64,000 nucleotides of DNA, taken from positions 5,603,950-5,667,949 of the forward strand of contig NC_134026.1 of NCBI RefSeq assembly GCF_964204645.1, written 5' to 3'. The translations under genes and the position numbers were made by a program. Below the pieces are notes generated by a model. That model ran no database searches. It saw only the letters and a list, made by a program, of their open reading frames with translations, and was not told where the DNA came from. Positions within the stretch are counted from its first letter, which is position 1. Each line of letters begins with the position of its first letter. This stretch comes from Tubulanus polymorphus (taxonomy: Eukaryota; Animalia; Nemertea). Below, piece by piece: positions 1 to 24,800 of this stretch.

Positions 1-9835
<9,835 letters not shown>

Positions 9836-11497
9836 TTTGAATTGGGCGATCTTTAAAACGAATCGACGATCGAAATGTGATGGAAGTTCAGCTCATAGCG
9901 TCCTTTGTTTCTTTATTGTCTGCCTGGAAATATAGAAAAATCACGCGAGATATTACTGAGATGAATTCAATTTCAAAGCTCAAAGAACAAACTCGTAAAC
10001 GATGAGACCAACGAAAACCGCTATAATAATGTCGCAGATTCAAATATGTTATCACACATTTTGCCACCGCCGGAGAGGTGTTGATGATGACGTCAGTGTA
10101 CCGTCTACTAAGTAGCCCTATCTAAGTGATAATTTCCTATGACGGAGTTGCTTATAACAGTCTTTAGATTAATAACCATTTTACAGTATGATAACCTACT
10201 ATTACGATTGGTCTTGTCGAAATTTAATAAAACCTATTTAAAGATTTTCGAGATTTTCTAATGACAAATGACAGGATGTAATCGAAGAAGAATTTTCAAG
10301 GATCTAACAATTTTTCTTTGAATCAAAACCAGTAATCGACGATTTCCCCGTCGATGTATATACCCTCACCCAGACATGTCACCCAGAACTGTCCATGATT
10401 CATAAAACAATTACTTTAGCCTTTCGTATCGATAAAAATGAAAGCGGCGTGTGAAATTAAACCCCGAGCAATTACATCCATCGCAAAATTCGGAACACTT
10501 GCGGAGGGGAAGTACGAGTACTCACAAAAAGTAAATACTCATAACGATACCCAAGAGAAAACGCGCGCTATAGCAGTATTGTTTCCATGGTTACTAGTGG
10601 ATCAGCGCCGAAACCGTAAAAACCTACATGAATAATGTAGCGCCGGAGTAGATCGTCAACCAATTGTCGATCGTCCCGCACGAAACCAGCATCGAAACTC
10701 ATATATTATATCTGACCGACTAAAATAAGAATCTTCGTTAAGTATATCTGTAAATTCCGTCGAGTCCATAAACATATAAATCACGGACAAAAATGTGATC
10801 TTTTCTGCTTGAGCGAGCTGCTAAATGTCGTAACCGGGCAATGTCCAGTCACGGGTGTAAAATCCGATTAAGGCCACAACAAGCGTCATCGATGATAGAG
10901 AACGAGACATTGCACATAATATGAGAGAAAAACTCGTCATTTTTTCTCACGAATTACACGTCATTATGTTGCGTGATCTGGGAACGCATTTGTGAAAAAC
11001 ACTCACACGACGCATAAGGTGACGGTGTCTCCTAAAAAACAACCTCTCCCGCGCGGAAAGCGAAATATAATAAGGGCCCACACGACAGCGACCGATGTGT
11101 TTTCTCAAAAGGAAAATATACTTATACAAATAGCTGACTAAAAATACTCGTGCGAAATCATTGATCAATCACGCGGTAATTTTTCGAATCTATTTTATAA
11201 GCATAGATCGCTTGGGTTTGTTTGTCGTAAACTTTGCGGCAATTGTATTGAAAACAAGCTTTATTTTTATCACGCATTATCTCCTTCTCATGTATGATAT
11301 ATGTACGTATTCTAGATATACGAATGTATATAGTTTACATTGCGGTTCTTTACGAAATGGTTCTTATCCTCATATCAGTAGATCATCGGATGTATCAAGG
11401 CATGAAATGAAAAAAAAATGAAATTAAAAAATCTCGCATAAGAGCCGAAGTAAAAAGAATTCCTTTGTTTTCCTCAAATAATAAAGTTTTCACTTAC

Positions 11498-11850
11498 CGA
11501 TTGTCTGGTGCCGTGAGATGAGCGTCCAGTCACAGATGGCCGTGGTATAATGTACTCTAATTCTATCTAATTATGATAATAAGCCACTTATAGGCCACAT
11601 CTGATTATCAGTTAGCCTTATGCCATTTTTGGAAAACTACGAGGAAGATTTTTAAAAACGCAGCAGGCAATAACGCTTGTTGGAATTTTTCTTAAAAATC
11701 GTACAAGAATTAATGTTTTGAAAGTAAAAGCGTCACCTCAGGAGAAGAAAATAGACTATCCGAAGAACGTCCCAACAGCGTCAAGTGGTGGAACTGAGAA
11801 AATTTACTTATATATGCTTGTCAACCAGGTCAGAACTATAGTAGAGAAAA
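11498..11850 (-). other. Candidate non-coding 5' exon of the GAS2-like gene
   Basis: Strong donor ATCG|gtaagtg at 11497 on the minus strand, upstream of the 9926 acceptor. The upstream boundary is a guess. Confidence 0.35.
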
Positions 11851-14800
11851 ACAACGTGAAAAATTCTCCCTTTCACTAATGACAATGAAACTGGTATTTA
11901 GTATATTTGCCCACGTTTCATAACTAGATAAAAGAAGTATAGTTCCAGTTGGAAAAGCAAACCAGATTTACCAGGCGCTCCTATATATATTTTGGTCGTA
12001 TAAACAAGAAAAAATTTAAAGGAAGCCGTGAAATGTATTCATTTTCATAAAACCATGGGGCTATTTCCAGATTGGAGTGACAAGATAAAATCGATTTTGT
12101 AGAACCAATTTCAGCTAGGATTCAAAGCTATTTCGTTCGAACTTAAGAAACTTCGAACTTCGGTTTTAGATTCAGTACTGCCTGAGCTGCGAGGGCTATA
12201 TACACGAGTCGTCATTGTCTGGTTCACAATGGGCTTCTCAGAAAACGTTTGACTTTTTAGTCTAAAGAACACCATAGAAAATACAAAGCATTTCCGATAT
12301 ATGCTGATATTCGTCGCATAATCATCCACAAAAGGAACATGAGTTATTACAATCAATTATTTGTACGTAAGCAGAAAATTAGCTTTTAGAGGATCTCTAT
12401 AGAGTTTTAAGACGAAAATGGAAAATATAATCGAACATGTACGACAACGGCCATTTGTAAAAAAAATTTCTATAACTTAAGAACGTAAGACGGTTCTAAC
12501 GAAATGTGTCCATTATTATTAGCTGATCTATCAGTCAATTTTCTGGACAGTTAGCACATTGCCTGGAAATCACTGCTGCGAAGTAAAGCAATTAATAAAC
12601 CCCATCGAGTTACTTATAAATAAACGTTTTTTTTTTCATTCAGAAGAAAATGTAAAAAACATTCAATTCATCCATGAATAACTGCCTCAAAAGACCTATG
12701 TGAACTCAGCATGAATGTAGCTCCCTTACTGCATGCATGGTACACGATTCATTACTTATTTCGGGTGTTTTGGAGAAGGCTAATTGGCGACACGTAGGGT
12801 ATGTCTTATCGCTGTTATCACTGCGTGTGCTGGAGGAGAATGACAGCGAAAATAATTCCCAATATTCGAGTAGATATCCGCAGTCGCCCGGGAGTCTGTG
12901 CGTTCACGGTTTCATTTCGGATCGGATAATACATGGACAGCCAGGGAGTAATGAACGCTATTCATCCGTATGTCGAAATGTGTGTATGTAGAGAAAATAC
13001 AGCATTTGCAGAGTTTAGGCCGAATGAAAACAGGAAACGTCACTACAAGGAGAAAAATAATTGGCTAAAATTCTGCAACGGAAAGGAGTTGTTAGTTGAA
13101 CGCATATATGAAAATATCCATAATGGAAACAAGTGAAGGATAATATACATCTCGAGGAGATGGCCCTACTCTGCGCTATTGCGGTTACGAGCTTTCTTTT
13201 GTTCATCGTAGATATAGTCACAAAGATTATTTTTCCAATCCTATTACAAAGACAACCTCATAAACATATCTACATACTGCCTCGTCGAGCTTTATAACAG
13301 CATAGGGAAATCATAACACAGATGGAAGCTTGAAAATCAGCGGGGTCGATGGAGACGTCTATTTCGGATGTAATATTGAATATCTATACAGATGAGATCT
13401 ATATACAGATATTTAATTAATTCTTGTGGTGGTTGGCGTCGTGTAGTTAGTGGAGGTCGTGTCCTTGCCACGACGGCGAAACATTTTATAGCAGAAATAT
13501 ATCACATAGCGAGCGACTATACGAAACAATACCCAAATACTGCAAGCAGCGTTCCGAGGATCGGGATGAGAATTGTTAAGTATTAGTTGATCAATATAAG
13601 AACCGAAAGCTTGCTGTATGGGAATACCATCCCTCATGTTATCATCCTTTATCCTTAAATTCCCATAGAAGAATGTATCTCTCCTTAAAAATAGTAAAAC
13701 GAAGCATAGCATTTCAAATGGAAGAGAAGATAAAAGCGGTCTATTGATCCAAGCCTTTCTTCTGGAGATGTTCAGTGGCTTTTTGACATTTGGTCGTTCA
13801 TCTAAAATACCACGCTCCCAATTGATTTCTTTTCGGTCGAGAATTACCGAGTAATTACTGGCAAATGAAAGGACAGAACGCTGTCTGCATCGACCCAAGC
13901 TTCGAGCAGCGGAAATGACATTTAGACGTCTAGAAACAGAAAATTTAAAGCGTTCGCGAAGTAACTGATCCCAGTTGTCAACGGATGTGAAGCTTTTCTC
14001 GGCTCAACGTTTCGCGGGTTTGATTAAAACTCCAATGCTTACGAACGGAAAAGACTTCGATTACTGAAGCCAGGATGGATGAATTCCCATCGATGAAGTG
14101 TAGGTAGGACTACAACATAAAACGAGCATCAACGCTAGGGGAATATATCGAGTATACTATGGTTTGAAAAGAGTAAAATTCGATTACTTTTTATTGTCAA
14201 TGGATATATTTACTTTCCATATAAAACGCGCCAACTTCGGGGTACTTAACAGTGAAAAAAGATGCGGGATAAATTAAGCCTCGACACTGAGCAAAATTGA
14301 GCTATCATTATTAGTGATATTTGATTGTGATCAATGAACAGACTCGTGCTGGTACGCGCGTGAGAGCATCTGTGACTATACAGATTCGTCTGTCACACGA
14401 GGCCTTATTCTCCTAGGGTTCATAGACAAAACGTTCTACACAAAAAAGCTACCATTTCAAACATATACGATATATCCAAATCGATATCTTTTCTAAATTG
14501 AATACAATTAGGTGCACATGTTTGTTCAACTAACCGTACGTACGAGTTAACCTCTATAAAGCATTTGACACAGATAAAGCTGATGCGCCCGAAGCGGGGG
14601 AGAGGTTCTTTTGGCATATATACATGTAAAATGCAATTTACAGGATCAGCTGAACGCAAAAAGCGTGTGCATGAAATGAAAACAAGAGACGTTCATGACG
14701 ATACGAAAATACTACAATGCAATCTGTTGCTATTGCTATTCAAACAGACTCGAAACGACGTTATTCTGTAGCTGCATCAGATCGGTGGTGGAATTATTAA

Positions 14801-16431
14801 TTTATACAAACGCATCTGATGAAACATTCACGCACCTTTCTATATAATTCTCTGAGAATATATTCCAATATGAAAGCTTGGTCGGTTATGAATTTGCGAT
14901 AGACTCCAACACCAGGCGAATCCGGAACATAGCGAGAGGCTGGTCACTCTATCGAACACTATGGATATAAAGTCGTTTATGAGACACGGTTTAGCTATGT
15001 GAACAGATGGGTTCATAGTCGTTAATTTAATTCTCGACGGTCATTGTGTCCTGTTGAATACGGAATTCTTTTGACATTTCGTTCATCATTCGTTGGCAGC
15101 TTGACTCCACTTTTAATATTCGCGACGCATACGTTCAATATCCCGTCGCAAATAAGAGCTCTTGCACCGGCAGCATCAGCGCAGAATTACATGTTTTGCT
15201 CTATCTAATCCATGTACGAAATGATAGAATTTTTTAATTTTCTATATCAACAGCTATTACAATAAATCAGTTTAGACCAATATCATCGATATTTTATCAA
15301 TTTAATGTTACATTAACTTCCTAGTTAGAATATAGATATCTACATACATGGAATTCCCAGACATATATATTGTATTTATTACAATGACACTCCTGCCGCG
15401 GCTGAATCCTTCTTTTCTTAAAATGTGGAGGAACGTCCGTTTTAGGAAGTACAGTACTGTAAATCGACGGCTAATATTAACAACACTGCCGGTGACTAGA
15501 GTTAACTTGAACTAGAATTAGACTTAGAGGCCACGTGTTTATTTTATCATATTTACCATTTTCTGATCCGAAAAGTCGTACAAAAGGTCTCAATTCAAGT
15601 TAAATACACTCTACATAAGAGGATTGTGAACTAATTAGAAATGAAAATGGGGCTAATTCAATGCGCATTAAACCGTCTAGAATTAAAATTCGAATGCTGT
15701 GTAAAAGACATAGGCCTATGTTGGCACACATACATACATTGTTTTATCACATATAGGCACTGTACGTTATTGAGATATTTTTTTCAACAAACGTGTTCTT
15801 TTATGAAAAAAAGGGATTCATGGAAACATGATCTACATACGCAGTCGTAACCGGGTCGTATTTGGCATATGTATTTTTATTTCCTGGCAATCCTACCTCA
15901 TTATGTGTATGTTCTAACCGCATCCGGATAAAGATCGTACTTCGCACCTTTACACATCAATAGTTTTTGTTCCATTTAAGTGCGCCATTTTATATCAAAT
16001 TATTTATCAAATTTTTTTTTTCAGATGCACATTAAATCCACGAAGCTTCCATACCGCAGTCAAGCGTGAAGATGGACAACATTTTGAAATACAATTTTTA
16101 AGAAGTTGAACCATTCGCAGAATATCTAGCCTATAGCCTATGTTCCTTGGTTTGATAAACATCTATTCCACCCAACTTTCATAGAACGTCCGATTAGATG
16201 TTCTATCGGAGTAGTACAAATTCGACTCACGGCATTCAAATCTTACGGACGATTTTTTGATGATTCAACAGCCCACTTAACTCACAAAATATTCGATGAT
16301 AAGATAGGAGATAGGCCTATAGTCCCCACACGTGTTACAGTACCGTGTACGACAGCCAGTGAGTAGTAATAATCACACATCCGTACACGAACTTGTGTGC
16401 GGCATTGTGGATCACATCATTGTTAGCTTAC

Positions 16432-16560
16432 CGTCAATTATGCAGCGCGAAATTACTCCAAAATAATCAACTATCTGGGCCATATCAGACCTCGCGTACA
16501 AATAAACCATACATCGACGGCAACATTCGAAAACCGTAAATACACAATAAAAAAAAAAAC
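16432..16560 (-). other. Second candidate non-coding 5' exon / alternative start of the GAS2-like gene
   Basis: Donor GACG|gtaagct at 16431 on the minus strand, with a CACGTG E-box-like site at about 16569. The upstream boundary is a guess. Confidence 0.3.
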
Positions 16561-19500
16561 GGCCGTGTCACGTGTCATTTAATTGCTAACGCAAATTTAA
16601 TTTCCGTCAACAAGGCAACAAATATAGAGAAAACTACGAATTTGTAAATGTAGATATTACCTTTAATTTGATCCACAGTAAATGGCCAACCGTAATAGTC
16701 CAGTAAATTGCCTGACATCGTATAGGGTCTGTTTACGTGCAGTACAATATATATGCGTCGATTATCCGACCCGTTCGTTTCTACACGACGGCCATACACT
16801 TTAGATAAAGCCTAAATATCTCGAGCACATTAAGATAAAGAACTAATTCGCATATGTTCAAAAGCCCGGTTAATCGCTGACAGTCCTGTAAAACTGGATT
16901 AACGGGACGCTTTCGACATGGGTGCTGTGGTGTAACCACTCCACAATGCTGAAACAGTCAGTCGTTCTTCACGCGCCCACGGACCAAACGAATTGTACAA
17001 ATCATGCCTGTATTAAGAATTCCGCCGAATGATTAATCGAGTCAAAAGACAAGATAACTTATAACAATATAGCTAAGTAAACAAATTAATTTCAACATAG
17101 AACCAGGGACTCTAAATCCAGTCCATGATAGAACCTACCAGTAAATGCGAATCCATCCCAATCCATTCCATATTCTTGTTCTACATAGGCAAAAGCTACT
17201 CAGGCGACTATGATTCCGACCTACGGGATTCTGAGTCGACGATAATAAAAACAAAGACTACAGGAGGCCGTGGTGAGTCAAACAGCTGTAGTAGGTTTGT
17301 ACTAATAATAAACTGAAAGCCTGTCATCGCTAAAATACTCTCACACAGAACTCCAGAACAGAAACTGCAATGTTATTACGTAATTGAGTTTGAATCTCCC
17401 AAATCGGCTTCGGCTCAATCAAGGGATCTATTCATTTCCCATGTTCATACATACATACATTTTTATGCGTCGATAGATATAAGAAGGAAACGAATGAATA
17501 TGCACTATCCGTTATACCCGGCCATTACGACGGATTTTCATATTTTTTTCTAGTTGCGTAACCGCAAAAGCTTTGTATACAAGATGAAACTGTTTCGGCG
17601 AATACTGACTGGTAAATTCTGTTCAATACAATTCAGTTGTTACTTCGACTAAACCGCTGCTGGTAATGAATAATGGATGCTGCTTTAAAATTCAGAATAA
17701 AAAAATTAGCGATTTATTTGGTTCTATTTTTCAAGTGAACCTGCAATTAAGCAAACAGATCTTCCAAAGTAAAGTGGAAACCTTTAGTTTGATTTTGAAA
17801 ACACACGTAATATGCCACAGAATAAGCGAAGCGTTCCCCTAGGCTGTACAGAAACTAATACAAATGTACTAACTGCTTTTCGAACCTGTGAGTTAAGTAA
17901 TAATAGCTTTGCAAAAATGAAAAAGAAAACCAGGTGCTGAAAACCGATGATCAACTTAAGTTGCAGGTGTTTCGCTGGAATAGACGGTTTAATAAATCCC
18001 TCTCGGGTTTAAACCTTGCTTCATTTTAGACGTTCGAAGCAGTAGTGTTGATCGAAAGCAGGGGGTAGGCTACTGTTTAAAAAACCACGTCTTTTGTAAT
18101 TTGTATCTTCAAAGAGAAAGAGCAACTCGTTAAGGATCTCGCATGATTTTTGCAATCACTGCAAGATGTTAACAGAACAACTTTACTACTGAGGGTTACG
18201 CCAAAGAAAAAAGCTACATATATCGATTGTTAAAGCGTTAGGATAAACACGCCCCATCATGTCAGACGTGGCAGTACAAGGAGCTCGAACAATTCAAACA
18301 GATTTGTATCATGTAATCTTGTGCTCAGTTGAAAATATAGCATATTGATTTCCCGAGGTAAATTATCAACCAGTTATATACATTATTAAGACCATGTGTT
18401 AAGCAGACGAATTATATATCAGCCGTCGAACTTCAATGAACCCGATATGGATTCTGAATCATTGCCTCCCGTTCACCTTGGATACACTCTCATTGACCCC
18501 ATTCAAATAGAGTTTCGATCTAACTGTAGTTGCCAGATATATGTACCATCATTTTACATGTTACCGTTCATCAAATGATTTTGCAAAATTGTGAAAACTA
18601 AATAAGTACAGCTCCTCAGTATTTTTTTTCGAATAGGTTCAATCTACATATATAAGTGATACACACGTGCAGTAAGAAAATAAATATTCTCTTGGTATTA
18701 TTTCGTTTCTTTTTTCGAATTAATAAATTCGGTGAGGATTATATATGCATGTCTGTCCACTCGACTGGCATAATCAGAATCGGTTTGCAAAAACGAATTG
18801 ACCCGGTTTGAAAAATCTCCATGTTTAACAACTTATAGTTTAAAATATCAAGCTTTCTAATGAAATTCGGCCCAAGAACTGACGATTATGATGTTTTATA
18901 CCTGTTACATGATGTTTCCACTTTGAAGTATGTATATTCCTTCATCAACGAGAGACATTTGTCTCTCGTCCCCAGCTTCTGAATGCTAAACGGCTACAGC
19001 AGCACTCCCATCACTTCCATCACCAGCGGCAACCAACCTCCACGCTGTAATGCGAATACTGAACTAGATGTTACTGGTACTGATTCTGAACTGCTAGGTC
19101 AGTGTGCCACCGGTAAAACGGTTCATAATTCATTTGTACATGTATGTATAGCCGAGAAATGTTTTTTTCTGTTCATATATGAGTAGATAAAAAGTTCCCA
19201 CGCAAATCTATTATTTATGTGATATAACAAGCAACGATTACGTATAATGATACATTAAACAATCTGGATTCTAACTCATTTGGTCTGCCTATGTCTTCAT
19301 GACCCCTTTCCAACAAAATGATTGATTTATCTAATGGCTTCGCATTTACAAATGTCGATGGGTTTGTGACATTTTCCAAAAGCCGGGGACACACGCAAAT
19401 CTCGAACGGCGTCTGCGATTTAACAGATTTTTCGGTCGGCTGCAGGGTCGCATGCGAAAATCGCACCGATCAAACATCAATGTTTGATACTTTCGCAGCG

Positions 19501-19966
19501 AATGTTCGTAGTGCTATGAGTATAGCCATATATACAATTATATCTTAATGCTATTGCTATTCTCCTTGATATTGAGGTAAAATCCGTTTTGTCAGTTGAT
19601 TTCATTTAGACGGAAACGACAACGAATAGTGAAATACATGCATTTCTAATATCATGTACATCAGACTAATTCGCCATCTGTATCAGCAGTGCAGTGTATT
19701 CATGTGGCGGGCCTTCAAAAGTAAGAATTTGCTGGAGAGTTAACAACAGAGAATATAGTCGATGGTATTTGACGAGTTTTCAAAGTAATCAAGTGATAGA
19801 AAAACAAGCCAACGCAAAAAACATTTTTTTCAATGAGTCATTTTCTAAATGTATGAGAAATTATACAAGGAATAGGCTTTATTGTGACAAGGATCGTTTC
19901 AGAGGTTATAGATGGTAAACTGTACAACTTCTTCTTTTATCTATAGTAGCTGATTCGTGTAGTGGG

Positions 19967-20175
19967 TGATTCGGGCAATGCTCTAAAAGATTTTCTGTAC
20001 GTCTAGAGGCACGATAAAAAATTGTTTACATTGGCCCATTTTTTTGTTTGTTTTCACGCGCGAGAATTCAAAACTTTTTGTTTTCCCGCGCAAGAAAAAG
20101 AAAAATTGGGCAAGTTAAGAAATTTTTGATTGTGCCTATAGCCGTGCAGAAAAATCTTTTGACATGGCTCAAATC
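19967..20175. mobile_element. Degenerate foldback / MITE
   Basis: Arms aaaagattttctgtacg..tagaggcacgataaaaaatt..ggcccattttt vs aaaaattgggc..aatttttgattgtgcctatag..cgtgcagaaaaatctttt. Confidence 0.55.
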
Positions 20176-21812
20176 GGCAACAAATTCTAAAGATTAGATT
20201 TTTCCGCGATTTTTACAATCAATCGATGGATGCCGAGTCGCTGTAAATAAACATCAATTAAGAAATATTCATTAGAAAAACCTGAGAAAACCTGAGAATA
20301 TACGAAGGTATTTAAAAAAATGAAATCTTGATTCTTACTTGCGTAGACTTCGTCGGATGGTGGGCGTTCACAATAAATGTCAAAGAAATCGGTCAAATAG
20401 AATTTGGATTGACACAAATCTGTAGAAAAAAACTAGTTCAAGTTAACTCTAAAGACGCTTAGAATTTCTAAGAACTTTATCGGAGAAAAATACCTTGAAA
20501 ACTGCAGTCTTATTTGCAATAATATAATGAACAGATTTAGTAATTGTTTGTTTGAATAACTGAAAAATCCACGTTGAAATATTGCTTTCAAAAAAATTCG
20601 AATTTAATTCAAATTTTATTCTAATTTTAGATTGAAAATTTTGAATTTCAAATTTTAAAAGGATGGTTAAAGTCATTGAATTAATGATAACTAAGATTAT
20701 GATATTTATAAGAATTACGCAATTCGACGAATCTAACAACTGTTCGTTTATTAACCACATTGAAACGGCATTTTGGGATTTTTTCAGACCATATTTTTTC
20801 AAATTGTGTTAACATCCTCTGCTCTTGTATATGATAAGAATGAATTCGATGTCACAGTCCACGGATTAGAAATCGACTGCGCAAATCAGTTCTTTTTCTA
20901 TAAGACCTTAGACGCACTGAACAACCACGGTCCGTGAAACAAGCGCATCTTGAAATTCCGAATAGCGGCTCACTCACATTGACAATCACGTCTTGACAAC
21001 CATTTTGTAAATATGTGCTTACTACAAGTGTCTTCGTTGTATGGAATATTTGAATATGAGTTGATAACCTTTTATAATCCTTATTATTGTATTATGTGCA
21101 TTATATCTATAATCTAAAAAGATAATTCTTACTCAAAATTGTCTAAGTCCCTCGATGGACGAAAGTGAAATAATGCTATTATACATTTATCCTGGGAACA
21201 ACACGTCTATCTATTTCTATTTCTATTTCCAATTGGAAAAACGTCATTGCAAATCAAAGAAAATAAATTCTTCTAAACGTTTCTAGCTCCTATTGTTTAT
21301 ATTTTTCTAGATATTCTAGATTTTCTCAATTAATCATATAGCTTCGAACGTAATTCAATAAATTTTCATTACGTAGGTATATCTTTGAAAGCTTTCGTGC
21401 AATGTGAGAGGGCCAACTGAAATATAGGTGGAGAGTTTCTTATTTTGTTACAAGTACTCTTATACTTACGGTGACTGTCGCATTTAAAGCACACCCAATC
21501 GTGCTGAAAATCGTGGGATAAAACGAATCATTTCGAGAACATTTTTCCAGAATTGAAACAGTCGACTGAGACGAAAGAACGAAAAGCGCTTAATTGTGGA
21601 TTTGAAACAAAACTTGGAATTGTTGCTGGAATTAAGATCCGTCGTATGAGAATCAGTTTTATCTAATAATTCATGACGTTTATGTCATTACATTCAGTCG
21701 ATATTTGAAAAGATATTTTTATTATCTCCGAACATCAACGACAAAACTATATTCGAAGAGGTTTCAGCTTGAGTTCAGGCCGGTTTTGCAGGAATATATT
21801 CGCTTTTACGAG

Positions 21813-24800
21813 ATGGCTTTATCGCTAAACGGTTTGTTGATCACCCTGTTTTCGGCGACACTTTTGTTTCCAGGTATGTTACATTATGACAATATTCTTA
21901 CCCAAGTTTTCGAAATATTCTATCGTTTAGATATTCGGAAAATTGAAAACTGTGGAAGATACGATCTAGCAACTGCGTATCTTCTGTATTACGTATAGAA
22001 CATTTTAATGCATTCTTCGATTGTTATATCGATGATTTACGAATGTTGAATATTCAATGATACACCTTTTGTAGTGGGAATTAAATCGTTAGGAGTATCC
22101 AGCCCTCCGTATCGACGGGTCAAGATTTCTATGAGTTATCTATGGAAAACTGGTTCTTCCGCTGCAAATACAAATTGTGTAATCGACGTGGCAAAAACCG
22201 TGTACAACTTATTCTCATCACACGAGTAAGTTTACGAATATATTCCCGAATCTCTGATATATACATTAAGTTTTTATCATACAGATCTATAGAGGCCTAT
22301 GCCTGGTAGTGCAGATTATCTTATCTTAGATTATTTTAAATATATATAGATCATTTCCTTACCGTGGATGATCATGAATTCTAACCGTTAGCTTAGCTCA
22401 TGATTATTAGAACGGTTTGAAATAATTTAGTATAACTTTCATGTCTTTCCGCAAATAATGCGTTACGTCATGTTAGTACTCTATCCTAATATCCTAAGCA
22501 CGGATTCATATATCGAAAACTGATTACAAACTATCATTGAAATTTTATAAATACCCTTTTATTTTGATAACGTAAAGGTGGTTCCACGTTCATCAATTAT
22601 AGGTTTTCATGTTTATTCATTTCTTTCCGAGGTATTTGTTGGATACTTTATGCAAGTCGGTCATTATTGACATTCCAATCGGGATTGTTCAGTACGGTAC
22701 TGAATTCACCGATAAAAAGACGGTAAGCGTAATGTTTGATGATTTATTTTGAATCATTTTTTTTGTGCTACGATATTCATATCGGCGTCGTGATTTAGAT
22801 ACAATCATCAATTAGTCGCACCCAATGGAAATCTAAAATTACCGTATGACAGCGTCTTTGGTAATTTTTCTTTTCCTTCCCGCTACGCTTAAAGGGAGGA
22901 ACATAAATCGGCCATATTTATCCGCACTTTCATAAGGCTGTGGGTGATGGATTCAGCCGACATTTGACCCCACCTTGAAGTATGATTATGGCGAGAAATG
23001 AGAATATGAAATGAATCAATGTCCCCGTATTTTTTCCGTCGATTTGACAAATGCTTAAAACGCGTGTTCTTACGCAAAATTCAACCTCATTTAAACGTTT
23101 TGAGCAATATTTTTCATCGTAATAGAATTTATTTCTACTAAATCATTATTCGGTAATTTAACAGTTGACTGTATATCCCGGCGTTATCATAATCAGTCCT
23201 AAGGGAATCCAACAGGACATGGACCAATGTACAACCGCCATCATCGGCAAATTCGTAGACCTCAACTTCGTCAAGACTCAAATGTCTAAAATGCTCACTT
23301 TTACGTCGACTGTCGGCTGTGGTACGTTTGAATTGACGCCGGTTATCATGCCAGTGGTAGAGGCTTACTGGATATGTTCGGGCACTCATTATTTAGATGG
23401 CAGCAAACCGTTTGCCAGTCAGTGCCAACCGATCAACCAAAATAACCCAAACAGTAAGTGAAATTACGGACGGAACGGGGAACCCGCAACATAAGCCATC
23501 CCTTCAGATGGCGCGACGAGCAGATCTTCCGCTATCAAAATTAGTTCATTTTCAATGAAACTGGATTTTTTAGACTCCCAAATCTACATATTATCACAGC
23601 ACCCACCAAATATATGATAAATTCATTCTTCTACCCATATATCGGTATAGTTTTCATTCATTAGTGATTCATTTAAAATAATAGTTCATTCGGTTTTAAT
23701 CGAAATGTAGAAGAAATCCGGAAGACCGACTATCTACTAGCGACACCTGCTGCGCTCCTCGCCTGCCATACGTGGAATTCTCGATTGCCACAGTAGCGGT
23801 GTACCCATTAGAACCAATTTTGTTGTTGTAGATAAATAACAAAATTTTAATAATCTCATAGTCAATGATAAATCAAAAAAAGTGCACAATCACGACGAAT
23901 CATTTCTATATTTGATCATTAGGTTCATAATATGATATCTAACAAAATATATATTGTTGAATTGAAGTGCTGAAAAAAGTAGTGTCGTCATTCTCAATAT
24001 ATAGTTTTCAAGGGTAATCGAAAATATTTTGTTGTCGTATACGTTATACTGCGACACTGTTCATCTCAATCTAGTACAAGTACCAGCCATTTACACAAAC
24101 ACCATCCAAATGAAAGTGAAAGCGAACGAAAATGTGGACGTAAAGAATAAAGTGTGCGAAAAAGAAATCGCCAATGAATATCTGGAACGACTGATCAAAC
24201 TATCGTTAAGTACGTAAGGAATACGCGTAAACCGATATCATCACGTCTTTGAAAAGAATAACTGTTACTATATAAAACGGGTTATTTTTACTGTTCAGAT
24301 TTTGCGATTGGTTGTGAGCAGGCTCACGCGTATGTAATCGTCGGTACGAAATGGTTATTTAAAGTTAAAGCGGGTTTTCCGGTAAGCTACATATTGAACG
24401 TCACCCAGACCAGATTTTTAAACGCAAAGGATTTAATACGTGATATTTTACGAGTCATCAACTTGGCTCGGCTCGTTTAAACATATATTCATTTGTTTTT
24501 CAATTACAGCAAGATATCAATCTTTCGTTCGATTTGATCATTAAGAGTTATTCAAAGACTGAGAACTTCCAGAATATTGTCACCTGCTCTACAACATTGG
24601 CCAATCGAATGAAAGATAAAGCTACGATCGATAAGAACTTTCCCGGTTTAACCAATCAGCTTTCGGCTGCTGCAGACGCCCCGGCACTGGCCAATTGTTC
24701 CAAAACGTTGATACTGAACTATTTCGGTACTGGTCCGATAACTATAACAAACAAACAGCCTTCGTGCGATACAGGGGATAAACCGATACCTGGGGTCACT

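Noticed and set aside
20187-20802. AT-rich minus-strand ORFs (76 and 117 aa)
   Set aside because: Low-complexity Ile/Asn/Phe/Lys composition typical of non-coding AT-rich DNA; no splice context.
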